DNA of 64,000 nucleotides from the NCBI GenBank assembly GCA_011109175.1, contig RDEW01000022.1, forward strand, positions 163,611 through 227,610, in the 5' to 3' direction. This stretch comes from Dicyema japonicum. Lineage: Eukaryota > Animalia > Dicyemida. The first letter of the stretch is position 1. Each line of letters opens with the position of its first letter. The translations under genes and the position numbers were made by a program. This document shows, piece after piece, positions 1 through 13,299 of this stretch. The notes under the pieces are model-generated. The model was not told where the DNA came from, did no database searches, and worked only from the letters and a program-made list of their open reading frames with translations.

Positions 1-930
1 TGGGGATCCCCGTAGAATAAAAAGGAGTCTTGGGAGAATGAGACAATTCTTCAGCATAAAAAAGGCGACATGACGGTCCAAAAAACTCATCCTGTCGGCA
101 TACTGACGTAAATTAGTCCTCTTGCCTTCCAATAACTCCCTCACCCGGTTTACCAAAATCCCACACCCAAGGAAGTCGAGAGAATCAATATGAGTCTCCC
201 TAACCCCTGGGATGATTTCGCAGAGTTTTCTATGAAAAAGGTAGAATGAATCGGAACTCAAATTCAGATTAATTGCTTCGCACTTTTCATTGTTAAATTC
301 CAGACCGATTTTTCCACACAAACTTCTGATCGACGCAACTTTGGAGAGAATATCATCGGGACTTCCACCGAGAATACAATCGTCCAGATACCAGACGTTC
401 AGTGGAGTGCAACGGTCCTGGGCAATATGGTCGATAGACAAGGAAAATAGAAGAGGACCGAGTGGGTCCCCCTGTTGAACTCCGGATCCGGACGAAATAA
501 TTCCACTGCCAAAAGCAAGAGGGATGGATCCGAATACGCGAGATATACAAAGGGATAAATCTGAGGAATCCTCCTTCTACAAGTATCAAGGACGGTGTCC
601 CTTCTGACTGAATTGAAGCATTCCGGAGGTCCAATTTGAATAAAACTCTGTCCTCAACATTAAATTCAGCTGATTGTGACGCAAATTCTCTCACTGCGTG
701 GATCCCAGCTTCACAGCCGCCATTGATTCCGACACCAAGCTGCGAAGGACAAAATTCGGCTGAAATTCGGGAGATAACAAAACGACAAGCCATTTTTGCG
801 GATAAACGTCGAAATACGTTTCCAATTGCAATGGGGCAAATACCACCATCTTTCTCTCCAAGGCCCGTTAGATTCGCCGAAAAGAGGAGATTCCGACCAA
901 AATCGGAAACGTCATGGCCATTCAGATGCC
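1..930 (-). mobile_element. CRE-clade-like non-LTR retrotransposon RT fragment, frameshifted, runs off window start
   Basis: Minus-strand frames give RPIAIGNVFRR, SQLGVGINGGCEAGIHAVREF, FKLDLRNA(FNSV), GVQQGDPLGPLLFSL and NVWYLDD, the motif series typical of CRE/SLACS-type RTs. Confidence 0.8.
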
Positions 931-1426
931 TTAAATTTAATTATAATTAATTGATTTAATTTATAAAATGATAATAAAAAAAAAAAACTTGTCATCAACT
1001 GTCATGTCTCGTTCAATCAATAAGGTCATTGAAAAGATTAGACTGTTATTAGCAAATATCTTGGTGAATTTTATATCAACTCACGAATTTTCTATCAAAA
1101 GCTTTTTATGATTATTTTGTCTAAGAAACATTTCAAACTAAAAGTTCATTTTTATCACTATTTCAAAGGTTTTACTGTAAAAATATCTGTTTTTTTCATT
1201 CCATCTACTCACTCTGGGATCAATAGGTCACTAATCCTTATTTGAATATGATTTCTTTGCATTAGTGGAACATTAAAGTTTAAAAACTTATTTGATTTAT
1301 TGGATATCGTTTTCGAGTTAGGGGACAACTCACCTGTAGGCAAGTATCTTTACAGTACAAGACGTAGCTAACATATTCAAAATGTATCATAATTTTGATA
1401 CTGACATATTGAATTTTGAATGTTAG

Positions 1427-4400
1427 CGTGGTGTCATGTGGCTCATCAGAAATGGTGTCACCCATTCCAAAATGGAACGAAAAGAGCCAACAGCTTCTCC
1501 CCACCGTCCGGTGGTCCTCACATCTCCTGTGTCTTCGACCCTGTCTGGTGTCCCCATTTATCCAGACTTTTGATTCTTCTATGTGGGACGTCGAAACCAA
1601 TCCTGGTCCATGGAGAAGTTTTACAATTATACAACTGAATACGAATGGGATCAGGAAGAAAATCTTGAACTCCGGGCACTCCTCCGCGAAAATGAGGCTG
1701 ATCTCGCTTTTATACAGGAGTCCAAGCTATCTCCCTCCATTCCAACACTCTCTTTTCCCGGATACACAGTGATCCGTAAAGATTGTCAGGGAGGACGCGG
1801 AGGAGGACTACTTACTATTATAAAGAACGATGTTCCTTTTATGGATACAACTCAACGAACCTCAGAGCTTCTTGACTCCGACAAGACTTTGGAGCAGATT
1901 ACTGTCAAATCGAGTTATTCCCGTCCTTTTGGATACATTTGGCTAATTTAGATATTCCTCCACAAGGATCCTGTACGTCATCTTACACCCCTGATTTATC
2001 ACGCATTTCAACATTGAAAAATCTACTGTTATGTGGGGATCTTAATGCACGACATCCATTTTGGCTCATTTTCCCAATCCTCTGATAACCGATGATAACT
2101 CATTGCAAATTATCTTCATGACCTGATTATACTGAACAACCCTAACTCACATACGAGGACCCCATTAAGGATGACTGAAAGCTGCACATCCCCGACTTAC
2201 ACTATGCTCACCTTCTCTGGCTGGACTCATTTCCTGGAACGTCTTTTACGGCTTCTCCAGTGACCATAATTCAATCCTTCTAAAACTGAGAGGTCTTCGA
2301 CGATACAGGAGACGGCCGACGGAATCAAAAAGATTCAAGGATTATACGATGGTTGACTGGTCTGGTTTCAGTAACTTGTGGATAAATTCTTGGCCCGAAG
2401 ATTATCTTCCCCAATACGCTCTATTGATGAGGCCGCAGATATTATCAGCGCTGCCATTCGGAAAGCTGACCATATTTTTATTCCTATATCGTCATACAAG
2501 AAGTTTATTCCTACCCTCAGCTCTTATACAATAAGTCTTATAAAACAAAGAGACCGGCTGAAGAGATGCCATCTGTTGGACATGAAGTCTTTGACAGCCT
2601 CAACAAGGATCTCAGAGCATAAGAAAGGATCTGTCAGAGCATAAAAAAACAAGGACAAGAGATGGCAGCATCTAGTTAACCACCTCGAATAAAAGGATCT
2701 GTCAGAGCATAAAAGAACACAAGGACAAGAGATTGCAGCATCTAGTTAACCACCTCGACAGGAAAAGTACATCCCGACATTTCTGGAAAACTCTTAAACA
2801 AGTCAAGTCGGAACTGGATGATGCAGACGGAACCGGAAAGTCTTCTCCTGAACACTTATACCACCTACATCCTAACACCCTTATGAAACATTACGCTGGA
2901 ATTAGCTTCAAACCATTCTCGAAACACCTGGACATTAAGGTGCGTGCCCATAAACCGAAGAAGGAACCTTACCACGAACTATTCACAGATGACCAAGTCT
3001 TGGATGTGATCACCAGATTAAAGAGCTCACGGGCGTGCGGGCCTGACAAAGTATCTTCTATTCACCTAAAACACCTAAGCCACTACGCAATTGGCTACCT
3101 CACGCATATATACAACCTGTCCATTAACTATAATATTACTTCTCAAGATTTGGAAGAATTCTATTATCAGACCGATATTGAAGGCTGGAAAATCAGAGAC
3201 AGAACCTGCATCCTACAGGCCTATTTCCGTTACCAGCACACTATCAAAAATTATGGAGAAACTTGTATTATCAGTCATTATTCCGTATCTTCCGCGTCCT
3301 ATATTTCAACATGGTTTCCTCCGCGGTAGGTCCATCGCTACATACTTGGCAACTTTATCGCAGTTCATTGCCGACGGTTTTAACACCCATCCTCCGCCTC
3401 ACAAACGCACAATCTTGGTTTCTATTGACATCAACAAAGCCTTTGACACTGTTTCGAGGAAAATCTGGTTGGAACAATATTTTCTACTAATATTCGTCCG
3501 AATGTGAAATTATGGCTGGCCAACTTTTTGTCTGGAAGACGTGGAAGAGTAGTCAGTGGTGATCTCAGATCTAGATCACGATTACTACCGAACGGGGTAC
3601 CCCAGGGGTCTCCACTTTCACCAATTCTATTCAACCTATTCCTACACGACCTACCTAATGATGGAGACGAAGATTCCCTGCTATTATCCTACGCAGACGA
3701 TGTAGTCATTGCAATACGGAACCGCTTGACGCAAGTCGCATCCCTTAAAACTCAGACAAAATTGAACACTCTCCACGATTGGATTGTTGGCAATCGACTA
3801 ACGATTTCTTCAACCAAGTCTATCTGTTCCACATTCACGTCGGACCGTCGTTCCAAGGATGAACCGAGTATTTTTATTGGTCCCGCTCGGATTCCAGTGA
3901 CAAGGTCCCCCACTGTCCTTGGAGTCATGTACGACAGCCTTCTCAAATTCAACTCCCACGCAACAGACATGATCACCAGGGGCCTCAAGAAAGTTAACGT
4001 TATACGCGCCCTTGTTCAGAGGACCACTAGGAACATGGACTTTTCCGTTTCTACCATTTACCAACAAACAATCGCGCCTGCCATTGAGTATGCTTCCGTT
4101 GCATGGAGATTCGGGCTATCGGAGTCTATGGTCCAAAGAATCAACTCGATATACCGGAAAACAATCAGTATGCTTTCCCCACGTAATGGATCAACAGTCG
4201 ACCCACTACTCATGGAAGCTAAGATCCGTAGTCGTGGCTCCGGATTTCTTCGCGTCTGTGAGGAAGATGGAAATCCGCTTCGCCTGATCCTTTCCATGGC
4301 AAGAGAAAACCGATTGGATAAGAAATTCCCTCTCCGATCGGATTCCTCTGCAAGACCGAGAGAAGGCTCTTCCGGAAAGTAGCGGGGACGATGGAAGATC

Positions 4401-4505
4401 ACAGACGTCGAATGGCACAATTGATTGCGAGGACTGAGATCACCTAACTGTTTGACTCTTTTGTCTTTCTTTCTCGGTGTTCCCGGGGTTATTAAATAAA
4501 TAAAT
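1427..4505 (+). mobile_element. Near full-length decayed Ingi/Vingi-like LINE (5' structured head, 2A-like peptide, APE endonuclease, RT, (TAAA)n tail)
   Basis: Head CGTGGTGTCATGTGG at 1427. LLILLCG/DVETNPGP at 1567-1610 with a 1-nt frameshift. EN motifs QLNTNG, IQESKL, GDLNA, SSDH. RT motifs SYRPIS, DINKAFDTV, GVPQGSPLSP, YADD. 3' end GATCAC...GTGTTCCCGGGGTTATTAAATAAATAAA. No RNase H recognised. Confidence 0.85.
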
Positions 4506-4764
4506 ATTTTAAAATCAATAAAGTCAATTTTTTATGTAAAAATTTCTGATTTGTAAAATCAAAAAATAGCCCTAGTTATCAGTCTACCTTGCAATCTAAG
4601 GTTTAGTGACGCTGACGGGGGTTAAATAATAATAGCCCTTTCATACACGGATTTTGTTTTTTACTAATAAACGTCTTATTTTAAGAAAAAGAGTTGAACT
4701 TTGCACGAACTTTATTTAAAAAAAAGAGTTGAACTTTGCATGTAAATTATTTTTAACTTCTTTT

Positions 4765-4850
4765 AGTTGCCTGCGAGTCCCTTCAGTTCCGCAGGTATCA
4801 CTGATGACTACGCCGATTGAAGTACGTCACGTTCAATTAAACGTTTAACT
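4765..4850 (-). mobile_element. SINE central-domain fragment
   Basis: Minus strand TGAC...GTCATCAGTGATACCTGCGGAACTG matches the core of the SINE at 59987-60318. Confidence 0.5.
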
Positions 4851-5407
4851 AACTTACATTAGCATTATTGATCCAGAACAACTGATTTTAAAGAAAAAGA
4901 ATGTCCCATCTAACTAAGGGATCTCATACAAGAGGGAGATCAAAACCGACGGGGACAGGAATCTTGGAGATATCAAATGATGTTGGAACTGAAAGTCAAG
5001 AGACAGGTGGATCACATGACGTCATAGGAAGAAAGTCAGAATTGGTTGCTGATGGTATGGTTAGTGTAATAAATGCTAGAAAAATATCCAAAATCTTTTT
5101 TGTTCTCTCTCACATCAGTAAAACGACAAATTCCAGATATCTTACTGACTAGTGGTGTAGCTGTGGGTTCGATTCCCACACTTTTATTTATTTGGTCGAG
5201 AGATTCCTTACAGCTATTTTTTTCGTCTGTCCTAGAGACACCATCGGACCCACCTAATTAAGGGAACGTCTAATTCTAGGAGACAACATAATATCACCAA
5301 ATTTTATTTAATTTTATAATTAATAAAATTAATTTAGCTTTAAATTAGAAAGCAATTGACCTGAGTATATAACATCAAAATCAATACTTTGTAACTAAGC
5401 AAGTAAT

Positions 5408-5683
5408 ATGGATTTGCAATTAAAAGAGCCAAAAAACATTGATGAATTCACAATTTATGTATTAAGTGGTATTATCTAGTTAAACTACAGTCTCAATTCT
5501 ATTCAGGAGACTTTCGGGTCAATGTCCAACTCAGTTCTATCAATAAATATCATTTTTAAATTTATTTATTATTTAAAATAATTTCCTTAATTTTTACTTG
5601 ACGGGTTTAACAGAAAAGTTGAGGAAGTGGAAAGAAACATTGGGGGATTGGTTTCCCATGCTGGGATGGTTTATCGCAGATAA
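5408..5683 (+). CDS. HSBP1: Heat shock factor-binding protein 1 homolog, 67 aa, 3 exons (5408-5458, 5480-5546, 5598-5683)
   Basis: Spliced product MDLQLKEPKNIDEFTIYLNYSLNSIQETFGSMSNSVLSIIDGFNRKVEEVERNIGGLVSHAGMVYRR follows the HSBP1 pattern (DPK..DLT..VQ.LLQQMQDKFQTMSDQI..RIDDM..RIDDLEKNI..LM.QAG). One 21-nt GT-AG intron and one 51-nt AT-AC intron, both containing in-frame stops. The last exon end is uncertain. Confidence 0.8.
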
Positions 5684-6296
5684 CTCACTAAATTTCGCTT
5701 ACTGATTTGATAAATTAAAATAAACTAGTTATCCTAATATTTATACTCCATATACGCTGAGAAAGCTTGATTTGAATTTAATCTGCGTTTACGTAAGTGT
5801 AGCGGTCTATTTTTCTCATTTCGTGACAATTCAGAATTTCGAACTTAGTTCAAGACTCGCTCAAAAAATTAGGGCAGCACTATTTGTTATATGCCGATGA
5901 AGCGGAAAGAAACATTGGGGTCTTATTATTTTGGCTAGCAATTTGGGAATATTGATGCCAAGATCATGTCACGTGCTATGGTATTGATAAGATAGTAATT
6001 TTAGGAACATAGTTCTTCAAGAACTTCGAGTTTATGATTTCTCTAGATTCCATGCTCATGGAGGATTAGGTTTTTTTGAACCTTTGAATCCTCTATTTTC
6101 GTATTTTCAAAAAGTAGAGGTTGTACTGTATTTATTGCCACAACACTAATAAATATCGAGAAAAGCATTATTGGAATAAAAAACTATCGTAAAAAGCTCT
6201 ATCTTGGAAACTTCATAAATTTTCCTTTATAGTCGTATTCGTTTAAATCCCAAACTACAATAAACACGAATAGACCCTGACATGTTTTTTTCATCC

Positions 6297-6914
6297 TTAA
6301 TAACGTTTCCCAGTTGTAGCCGTAATTGTATCCATGGATAGTCGAAAGGCCTCAAAGGAGTTTTTAGGAGGTTCAAGTAACGCTCTTTGAGTACAAAATC
6401 GTAATTACAGGGTGCTGAAAAATCCCAGCATGTCTAGACAGCCATTTCCTATGCATTCAAAGTTATTTGTGTAAGCATATCCGTTTTTGTCGAACTTGAT
6501 GACTGCAAAGCCGTGGTAGTCGGCTCCTAGAATGATCGTTTCCTAAATATATGGAACACACATTACTGTATATCTTACCCGATTCATTATGTAATCTTGG
6601 ACATACTTGCTTATATCTGATAATAATAACTGAATATTGTGCTTCCTGTAATCCTCTCTAAGTTATTTCTCGTAACAAGTACTCAACGTAATCTTGGACA
6701 AAGCGACATATGTTTTCAAATTCGTGTATTGACCTTGCAAGCCCCAGTGCGATAGTTTCGGTGATTTGTGCTATCATGAAACTGTTGTTTGGACCGACTG
6801 AAATAATTAAACCACTACGGCAGGAATCGAATCTGAAGCAATCATTACCCCAGTTTTTTATCGAAAGGCGAACATTTTGTGTGATAGAAAGATACGTGAA
6901 TATTGGGATTTCAT
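6297..6914 (-). pseudogene. Divergent proteasome subunit-like (Ntn fold) pseudogene
   Basis: Segments FAFR*KTGVMIASD, IAQITETIALG and IILGADYHGFAVIKFDKNGYAYTNNFECIGNG resemble 20S subunit strand motifs. A 24-nt GT-AG intron, in-frame stops and a frameshift are present. Confidence 0.45.
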
Positions 6915-7079
6915 AGAGTAAAATTATGTAATATATTTATATGTAATATATTATTTAATAATAAATTAATTTGATTTTAAAATATTAACAATTTAAAATA
7001 AAAATATAATAATTAAATTTCTCAAATAAATTATTTAATAAAAAATAAGACTATTTTTAACAAAAACAACAAGTCAGAC

Positions 7080-7500
7080 ATCAACTACCAAGAGAGACAA
7101 TTTGTGCATCATTTGCGTTATTTGGGTGTCCCTTTTGGATGTAGAGGAGATTATGTTGAAGGTGCCAAAATGAAGAAAAAAGCTTAACATTCACTTCTGT
7201 GTTTACGAAAACTCGATTTGAAAAAAGGAGACGTTTATCTTTATTTTTAAAATATTATTCTGCCCTCTCTCATCTACGGATGTGAAGGATGGTATTTTCC
7301 TCAAAAAAACATAATAACCAGCCTTCTTGATAAGACTAGGAGGATGGCGAACAAGCTGGCTCTTGGTAATAAACTTGAAGAAGCACTGACCGTTGACCAA
7401 GTCATTAAGGATCGTAGCATTAGAACGGATAAGGTATTTCTTTTATGGAAGAAAGTCAAAGACACGTACTTTCAGACGAGGCTTTGAAGGTAGAAGGGGG
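7080..7500 (+). mobile_element. RTE-like RT C-terminal remnant
   Basis: FALFGC(YLG-like) followed by LFCPLIYGCEGW, matching the RTE 'LLYGCETW' motif. Confidence 0.45.
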
Positions 7501-9974
7501 AAAACTACGAAAAAATCCAGCCCTCGTGGCAAGAATTTTAATGTAATGTAATTTAGAGTAATTACAGCTCACTTTCCTTCAAATTTCGTCGTTCGAATGC
7601 TTGAAGACTGTAATTTTGATATAAGGGGGATATTCCCTTTTGTCATATGGTGGGTAATATGGATTTTTCTGAAAAAAACGTAATTACCCCCATTTCCTTG
7701 CAATATAAATAAACAATGAATTTAAACATTAGCGTTAGCGTAATGACTTCGATGAATCATTACCATGGCGACTTTTTTTTACTTTATAAATCAGAAATTT
7801 TAATTTTTTGACTTTATGATAAATTTATCTACAAAAATTTTTTTAATATAAAAACTAATCAAAATCTTTTTTAAAATACGGAATATTTTAATTCAAAACG
7901 TTTTCGTGTTTATAATTTCTCTCTTTAGATAGTAATTTTACCAATAAGGAAAAACTTCTCTCAGCAGGTAATGTGGAAGGACATTTTTTCAGATAGTAGA
8001 GAAATATGTTGTATTTTTATTTTTTGTGCTAGAAAGCATTCGCTTCCAGATGCCTCCTGATTCTACATACATCGTCCTAGTAGTGCAATTCCTGAATGTG
8101 TTCAACAGCGTATTCTATTGTGAAAAAAGGTTTCTTCTGGCTTTTTTTATTGATTCACATATACAGTAATATTGGCATAACATTGCTGGTAAATTTGTAC
8201 AATTATCTGACAATTATTTCGAGTTAGCCTGAGAAGACAATGAGCAGCATGATCTGAAAAAATTTTCTTGAGCTTCTACTCAAGGAAGAGTCTTCAGTGA
8301 ATCTGACATTGTGATCTTACCCACAAATTAAAAAAAACGGCCGTCTGTTGATTCTGGCCTCGCTAAGTGGCCATCTAAAATTCTCCCGGTGTTTTAATCG
8401 CGAGATCCGACGCACTTCCTGTACGCCCGTGTTACACGTAGAAGTTTAAGAAGCGGCATTTGAAGTCTCGTTCTCCCTACAAGATCTCAGAATTGACGAA
8501 GATCAACTTTACGTGATAAACTACAGCCAAAACGACATCTATAGTCTTTATACTGACCAAAATTCGGGGATCTGTGACTAACACGTGGGTTTAAAAGACT
8601 ATTTGGGGCAGCCGAAATAGTTCTTTGTGAACTATTCAGTAGCTCCAAATAGTGGCTTTTAATGGAGTTTGAGAAAGATTATCCCTAACCCTAACCCATC
8701 CTTATCTGTTTTTCTTTATCAGAATAAATCAATTATTTTTGTTAAAAAACCTTTAATCCCCAGCTAGTCTTGTGGCTAGGATGTTATACATGTAACAAGG
8801 TTCTTTCATATGCTCTGTCCCTTTCTCGCTTATTCAATCAGCGTGGTGTCATGCGATCCATCTATTTTGGAAGACACTCAGTGATAAAGAATAGTATTTT
8901 CTTTCCCTTACACAACTGGATCATATTTTGGAGGGGTCACCTGTGGTTTACATGGACTTCTAAAAGTGGTTTTTTGGTTTTATCAAAGCTGCTTATATGT
9001 TTTAATTATTGCATCAATGAAGTTATCCTTATAAAAAATATAGAGTGTAAGTTAACTAAAAAACGACTTCCTATGATGTAGGAATTTTCTACGGGTCGGG
9101 GGGAGAAGCTTTTTTCTACATGTTCCGCAGAATTACATGTGGATTGTGATGCATGGTTTAATGTGGGTAAAGTAAACACATAAATTATGACACGTGGGTT
9201 GGGTAACAGTAAATTAAAATGTCCTAAAATTATTTCAAATTTGCCAACAAATTGTGAAAAAATAAAAAATATTGAATAACCAGAATTCTCTTAGACTTTG
9301 ATAACAGTCCATTACCGTATACAAAAATTTTGGATTTAGGTGAACCTTTCTCGCTGTTTTCTTTCATTAAAGTCAGATTATAGGGTTTATCATAATTATA
9401 TCGATAATTGTATAATTAATTACTATGATGATCATAGAGTTGGAGATAGAATTCCCCTTGGGGTCCAATAAACTTTCCATGTAGACACGGCATCTTTCAT
9501 TAGAAACGTGAACTTCTTGCTTTACCCACGATTTCTGATAATTTATGTTACTGATAGTTAGTTTAGTAACTCAGGCCTCACTAACCTGTAGGAGACCTAT
9601 TAAGTAGGACGCAGGAAATACCTGTCACTCACATAGATCGGTAATCTTGGCATTGTAGACGAACAGTGTACTAATTCAAATAAATGATCTGTTGTCAACT
9701 CAAAAAGGTTGCAGAAGGAACGTAGGACATCTTGTGCAGCATCCATTTTACATACGTACGTTTGTACAGGGGGTGATGGCCACATCTTAAAAGAGCCAGG
9801 GATACCAGGATGTCGATTGGAGGAAGGGGTAGGCGTATGTAACTAAGATAATTAAATTGATAACCAAATTAAAGAAATTTTTTTATTTTAGTAATCATTG
9901 AATATCTAACTCCGGAGACTCCTAATATCTGTGCAACATTTAAAACCATCTCACTATTCCCAACTTCAGTAGGT

Positions 9975-10482
9975 TATGTAGTCCAATTAAGTCACGTCCG
10001 ACCCTTGGAGATCTCATGAACGAGTTTCCTCCACTCTTCCCGATCCGTTGCAATTTGGAGTAGCCTTGATATAGGCATTCCCGTGACGTCTTCCACCATG
10101 AATAGTCACCGAGTCCTCGGTCGGCCAGGTCTTCTCTTTCCAGTAATATTGCTCAGCATAATGGTTCTTTCCAGGGAATCAGAGCGGACAACATGGCCAA
10201 AGAACGCCAATCTGTGTTTTACAATTCTTCCTTCTAGCGAAATGTCCGTCTCTACCCGTTTGAGTACATCGATGTTTGTTATTTTGGAAGTCCAAAGGAT
10301 TCTTAATAACCTTTTCCAGCACCACAGTTCAAAAGCATCAATTTTTCGTCTATCCGCATTTTTCAGTATCCATGATTCTGCGCCGAATAGAAAAACCGGG
10401 AACACGATTACATTAACCAGTATGCATTCTGTCTTTAAGCAGATATCTTTGCTTTTCAAAATTCTATTCATTCTCTGGACCT
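9975..10482 (-). mobile_element. 5'-truncated RTE (BovB-like) LINE with 13-bp TSD
   Basis: ORF 10106-10471 contains FGAESWIL, IDAFELWCWKRLLRILWT and GKRRPGRPRTR. 3' end GGGTCGGACGTGACTT. TSD AACTTCAGTAGGT at 9962-9974 and 10483-10495. Confidence 0.9.
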
Positions 10483-12475
10483 AACTTCAGTAGGTAGACT
10501 CTCACAATGGCGGATATTGAAAAGGAAACTAATCCAACAAAAGGAACTGGATAAAACCTCTTTCAAGTATATCAAGAATTATTTTAAAAATATCAGAAAA
10601 TATGAGGTAATCCTACAAATCGAAAGGATCTATCAGAAGGTCGAACATCTCATATATTCGCTATTAATCGGTGCAACAAAATCAATTCGAAAAGGGAAAC
10701 AGTTTGCAGAATCGCAGATTAACTTTAGCCACGTGGGAGTCAACCATAAAGATAGTGAATAGTACGGATTGATCATTGTGAGACGATTCAGTTCAATTGG
10801 ATCCACAAATAAGGTTCATGCTTCAAATTACCTCTTGTACTCTATTCGCCACGTCAGTTCCAACATTTCCTTGGTTTGAGCACTATTTCGAGTAACAATA
10901 ATTTTTGTTTTTAAATTTATCTTTTTCAAAATAAATTTAAATTAATTGATGTGTGGCAAATGGTCGAAGAATTATTTAGTAGACTAAATGGACTTTTTTC
11001 AGTTTATAAGAGTTCCCATCATTCACCAAGAGAATTATCAATTCTTCTTAAGCACTACTTACAGAAAAGTATACACACGTGTTATTATTTAGATTTGTCA
11101 CAAATTTACAGCTCCTCTTTAACTTCTCAGCCAAACCACGTGGATGATAAAATCGGTTTTATGTGCTTTTTAAAGTCAGTTTGCCACAATAAATTCCATT
11201 CCGATGATTTCACCTTTATTAACATCTCTCTTTTAGAAAAGCACATGTCTTGCGTTAACGGTACTTTAATTTATCAGATTTACAGTTATTGGAATTGGGC
11301 CACGTGGTCTGAAATTAGGGAGAGATTTGCGAAGATACAATCCGCTAAAAGTAACGATGGTGGTGAAAGTGCAAGGTTTTTCAAGTCACAGGGCAATTGG
11401 GGATCGTCAGCAGCGATTTTTCCGTTCGCGGAAGAATATTGGACAGAAGGTCATATGCCCACGTGACCCTGAATAAGATCACGAGGATTCTGAACAGAGT
11501 TGAGTCTGGGTACAAAAAACTTCAGTTCGAGTTAGTACACGTGCGTAGTTGACAGTTACTCGGGAGTATCAATGGACAGTCACGAGGCATATGATTTGGC
11601 CGTGGGAGGGCAGATTAGGCCGAAGATGACTTCTTCCGAGAAGGTTCCGTTGATTTACTTCATAAAGTGCATATCCCTGAGGAGACCGTTCTTTATACTG
11701 GGTAGTGGGGGTAATTTACTGAGAAATACACATCACTAACGAATCGGAAGGATTCCTGAGGGAGCTGATTCATGAAATTGGGGTTGAGATGCGGTCGGGG
11801 GCTGTCTGCAAGCGGATTAGGTGTATTAGGTTTGGGACCTTCCAACTGGAGGAGTCGTTAGTGCAATCTCAGTGGAATGTCCATAATTTCATTGATCATG
11901 TCGACTTGTTCAAGAATCTTAATTTTGAGAACTTTTCACAGCACTTGTTGCCTCTGAATAAATTGTGACTTATGATTCTGTGCTGGTTGGTAGTTGCTCT
12001 CTTGGTGGATCACCTATACGCGTTCCACATATAAGTTTATTTAGAAACTACAGAATGGGAAAACGCATTCAGTCGTTCCAATTGTGGAAACCTTTCAAAT
12101 GCAATGGGAGAAAACAAATGATATTTTAGTGGTGTTCTTTCAGGGGACGTATTACATGATGCCACTTTAGTAGAACAAGAGAAGATAAAAAGCTGAGAAA
12201 AGAGAAACCTTTGACCAAGTAGAAAGTGGAAGGTGAACAATGACAAGTACATTCAGTGATCAAGAATCCATAGGAGGAGAAGTGGGAAGTAAAAATTCAG
12301 TAAGGTTGTAAATTCTCCTAGGAATGCTACATTTGGAAAAACAAACAGAATGATCATTTAAAGCGTCAATTTTGAGGTTTTCTTTGTTTAAAAGCTTAAT
12401 ATAAAATATGCAAAAATTATTTTTATAATATTTAATTAATATAATATTTATTAAAAACAAGAAAGCTATGCCTTT

Positions 12476-12866
12476 ACGTCATGGGGAATCAGTCTGTCCT
12501 GGACGAACAAACAAAGAATCCGGGACATTCAGGCCTTAACAGCCACTACTACTAGTAATCTCGGGAAACTAGAAAAACTAACACCCTCATCGCTTGAAGA
12601 CCTTATCCGACAAAATGGAAAGGGATTTGCTGCCCTGTGTAAGCAGTGCAACTCTCAACAATACAAAGTCACGACGTGTCTTATGAGAAGGGAATACATC
12701 ACCCCTCTCCAATTCTATTCCCAAAACCACCCCACCCACAGAGAAGTTGTGTTGGATCCCAGAAGGCGCACGAGGAGAAAATGAGAAATCTGATTGAGGC
12801 CTTCGAGATCACTTATTTAATTTAGTAATTAAATTGACTATTGTGTTTTTGGGTTAATAATAATAA
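12476..12866 (+). mobile_element. Short Ingi/Vingi-like element (3' region plus possible head remnant)
   Basis: Begins CGTCATGG. The body is similar to the 3' end of the 20200-21310 element. Ends GAGATCAC...GGGTTAATAATAATA. Confidence 0.6.
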
Positions 12867-13079
12867 TTGATAAAGAAATCTGTCATTTTCATGTTATTTT
12901 GTTCTTTTACGGGAACCCCCAAGAGGTGGAGAGAAGTTGATGGCTTTTTTCGTTTTTTTCCAGAATGGATGATACCTTATCGGGTGAGCCATAAGACACC
13001 AAGTTAAGCACATGTTTTTCAAACTCGTATCAAATTCATGGAGACGCACAGGTTTCGGATGGCACGTTTGGTAGCGAGA

Positions 13080-13145
13080 ACTGGGATCACCTAACTAGTC
13101 GACATTACTTTTGTCTTTCTCGGTGATCCCGGGGTTAATAAATAG
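13080..13145 (+). mobile_element. Isolated LINE 3' terminus
   Basis: GGGATCACCTAACT...CTCGGTGATCCCGGGGTTAATAAATA matches the 3' end at 4436-4505. Confidence 0.65.
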
Positions 13146-13299
13146 ATTTTGTTCTTTAGTGAATGCACAATATCTGCTTTAAATATTTAAAAACATTTTC
13201 AGGAGATTATTGTTTGACTACATTAATGTGCATTGTGAAAACATGTTCCATATTTCATACTCAAAATATCTCGCTGTTATCTTCTTCAGAGCATTATAA

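Noticed and set aside
6297-6914. Stop-codon reassignment explaining in-frame TAA/TAG
   Set aside because: Frameshifts co-occur, and intact genes in the window end in TAA and have no internal stops.
8683-8697. Telomere
   Set aside because: Only 2.5 units, and internal.
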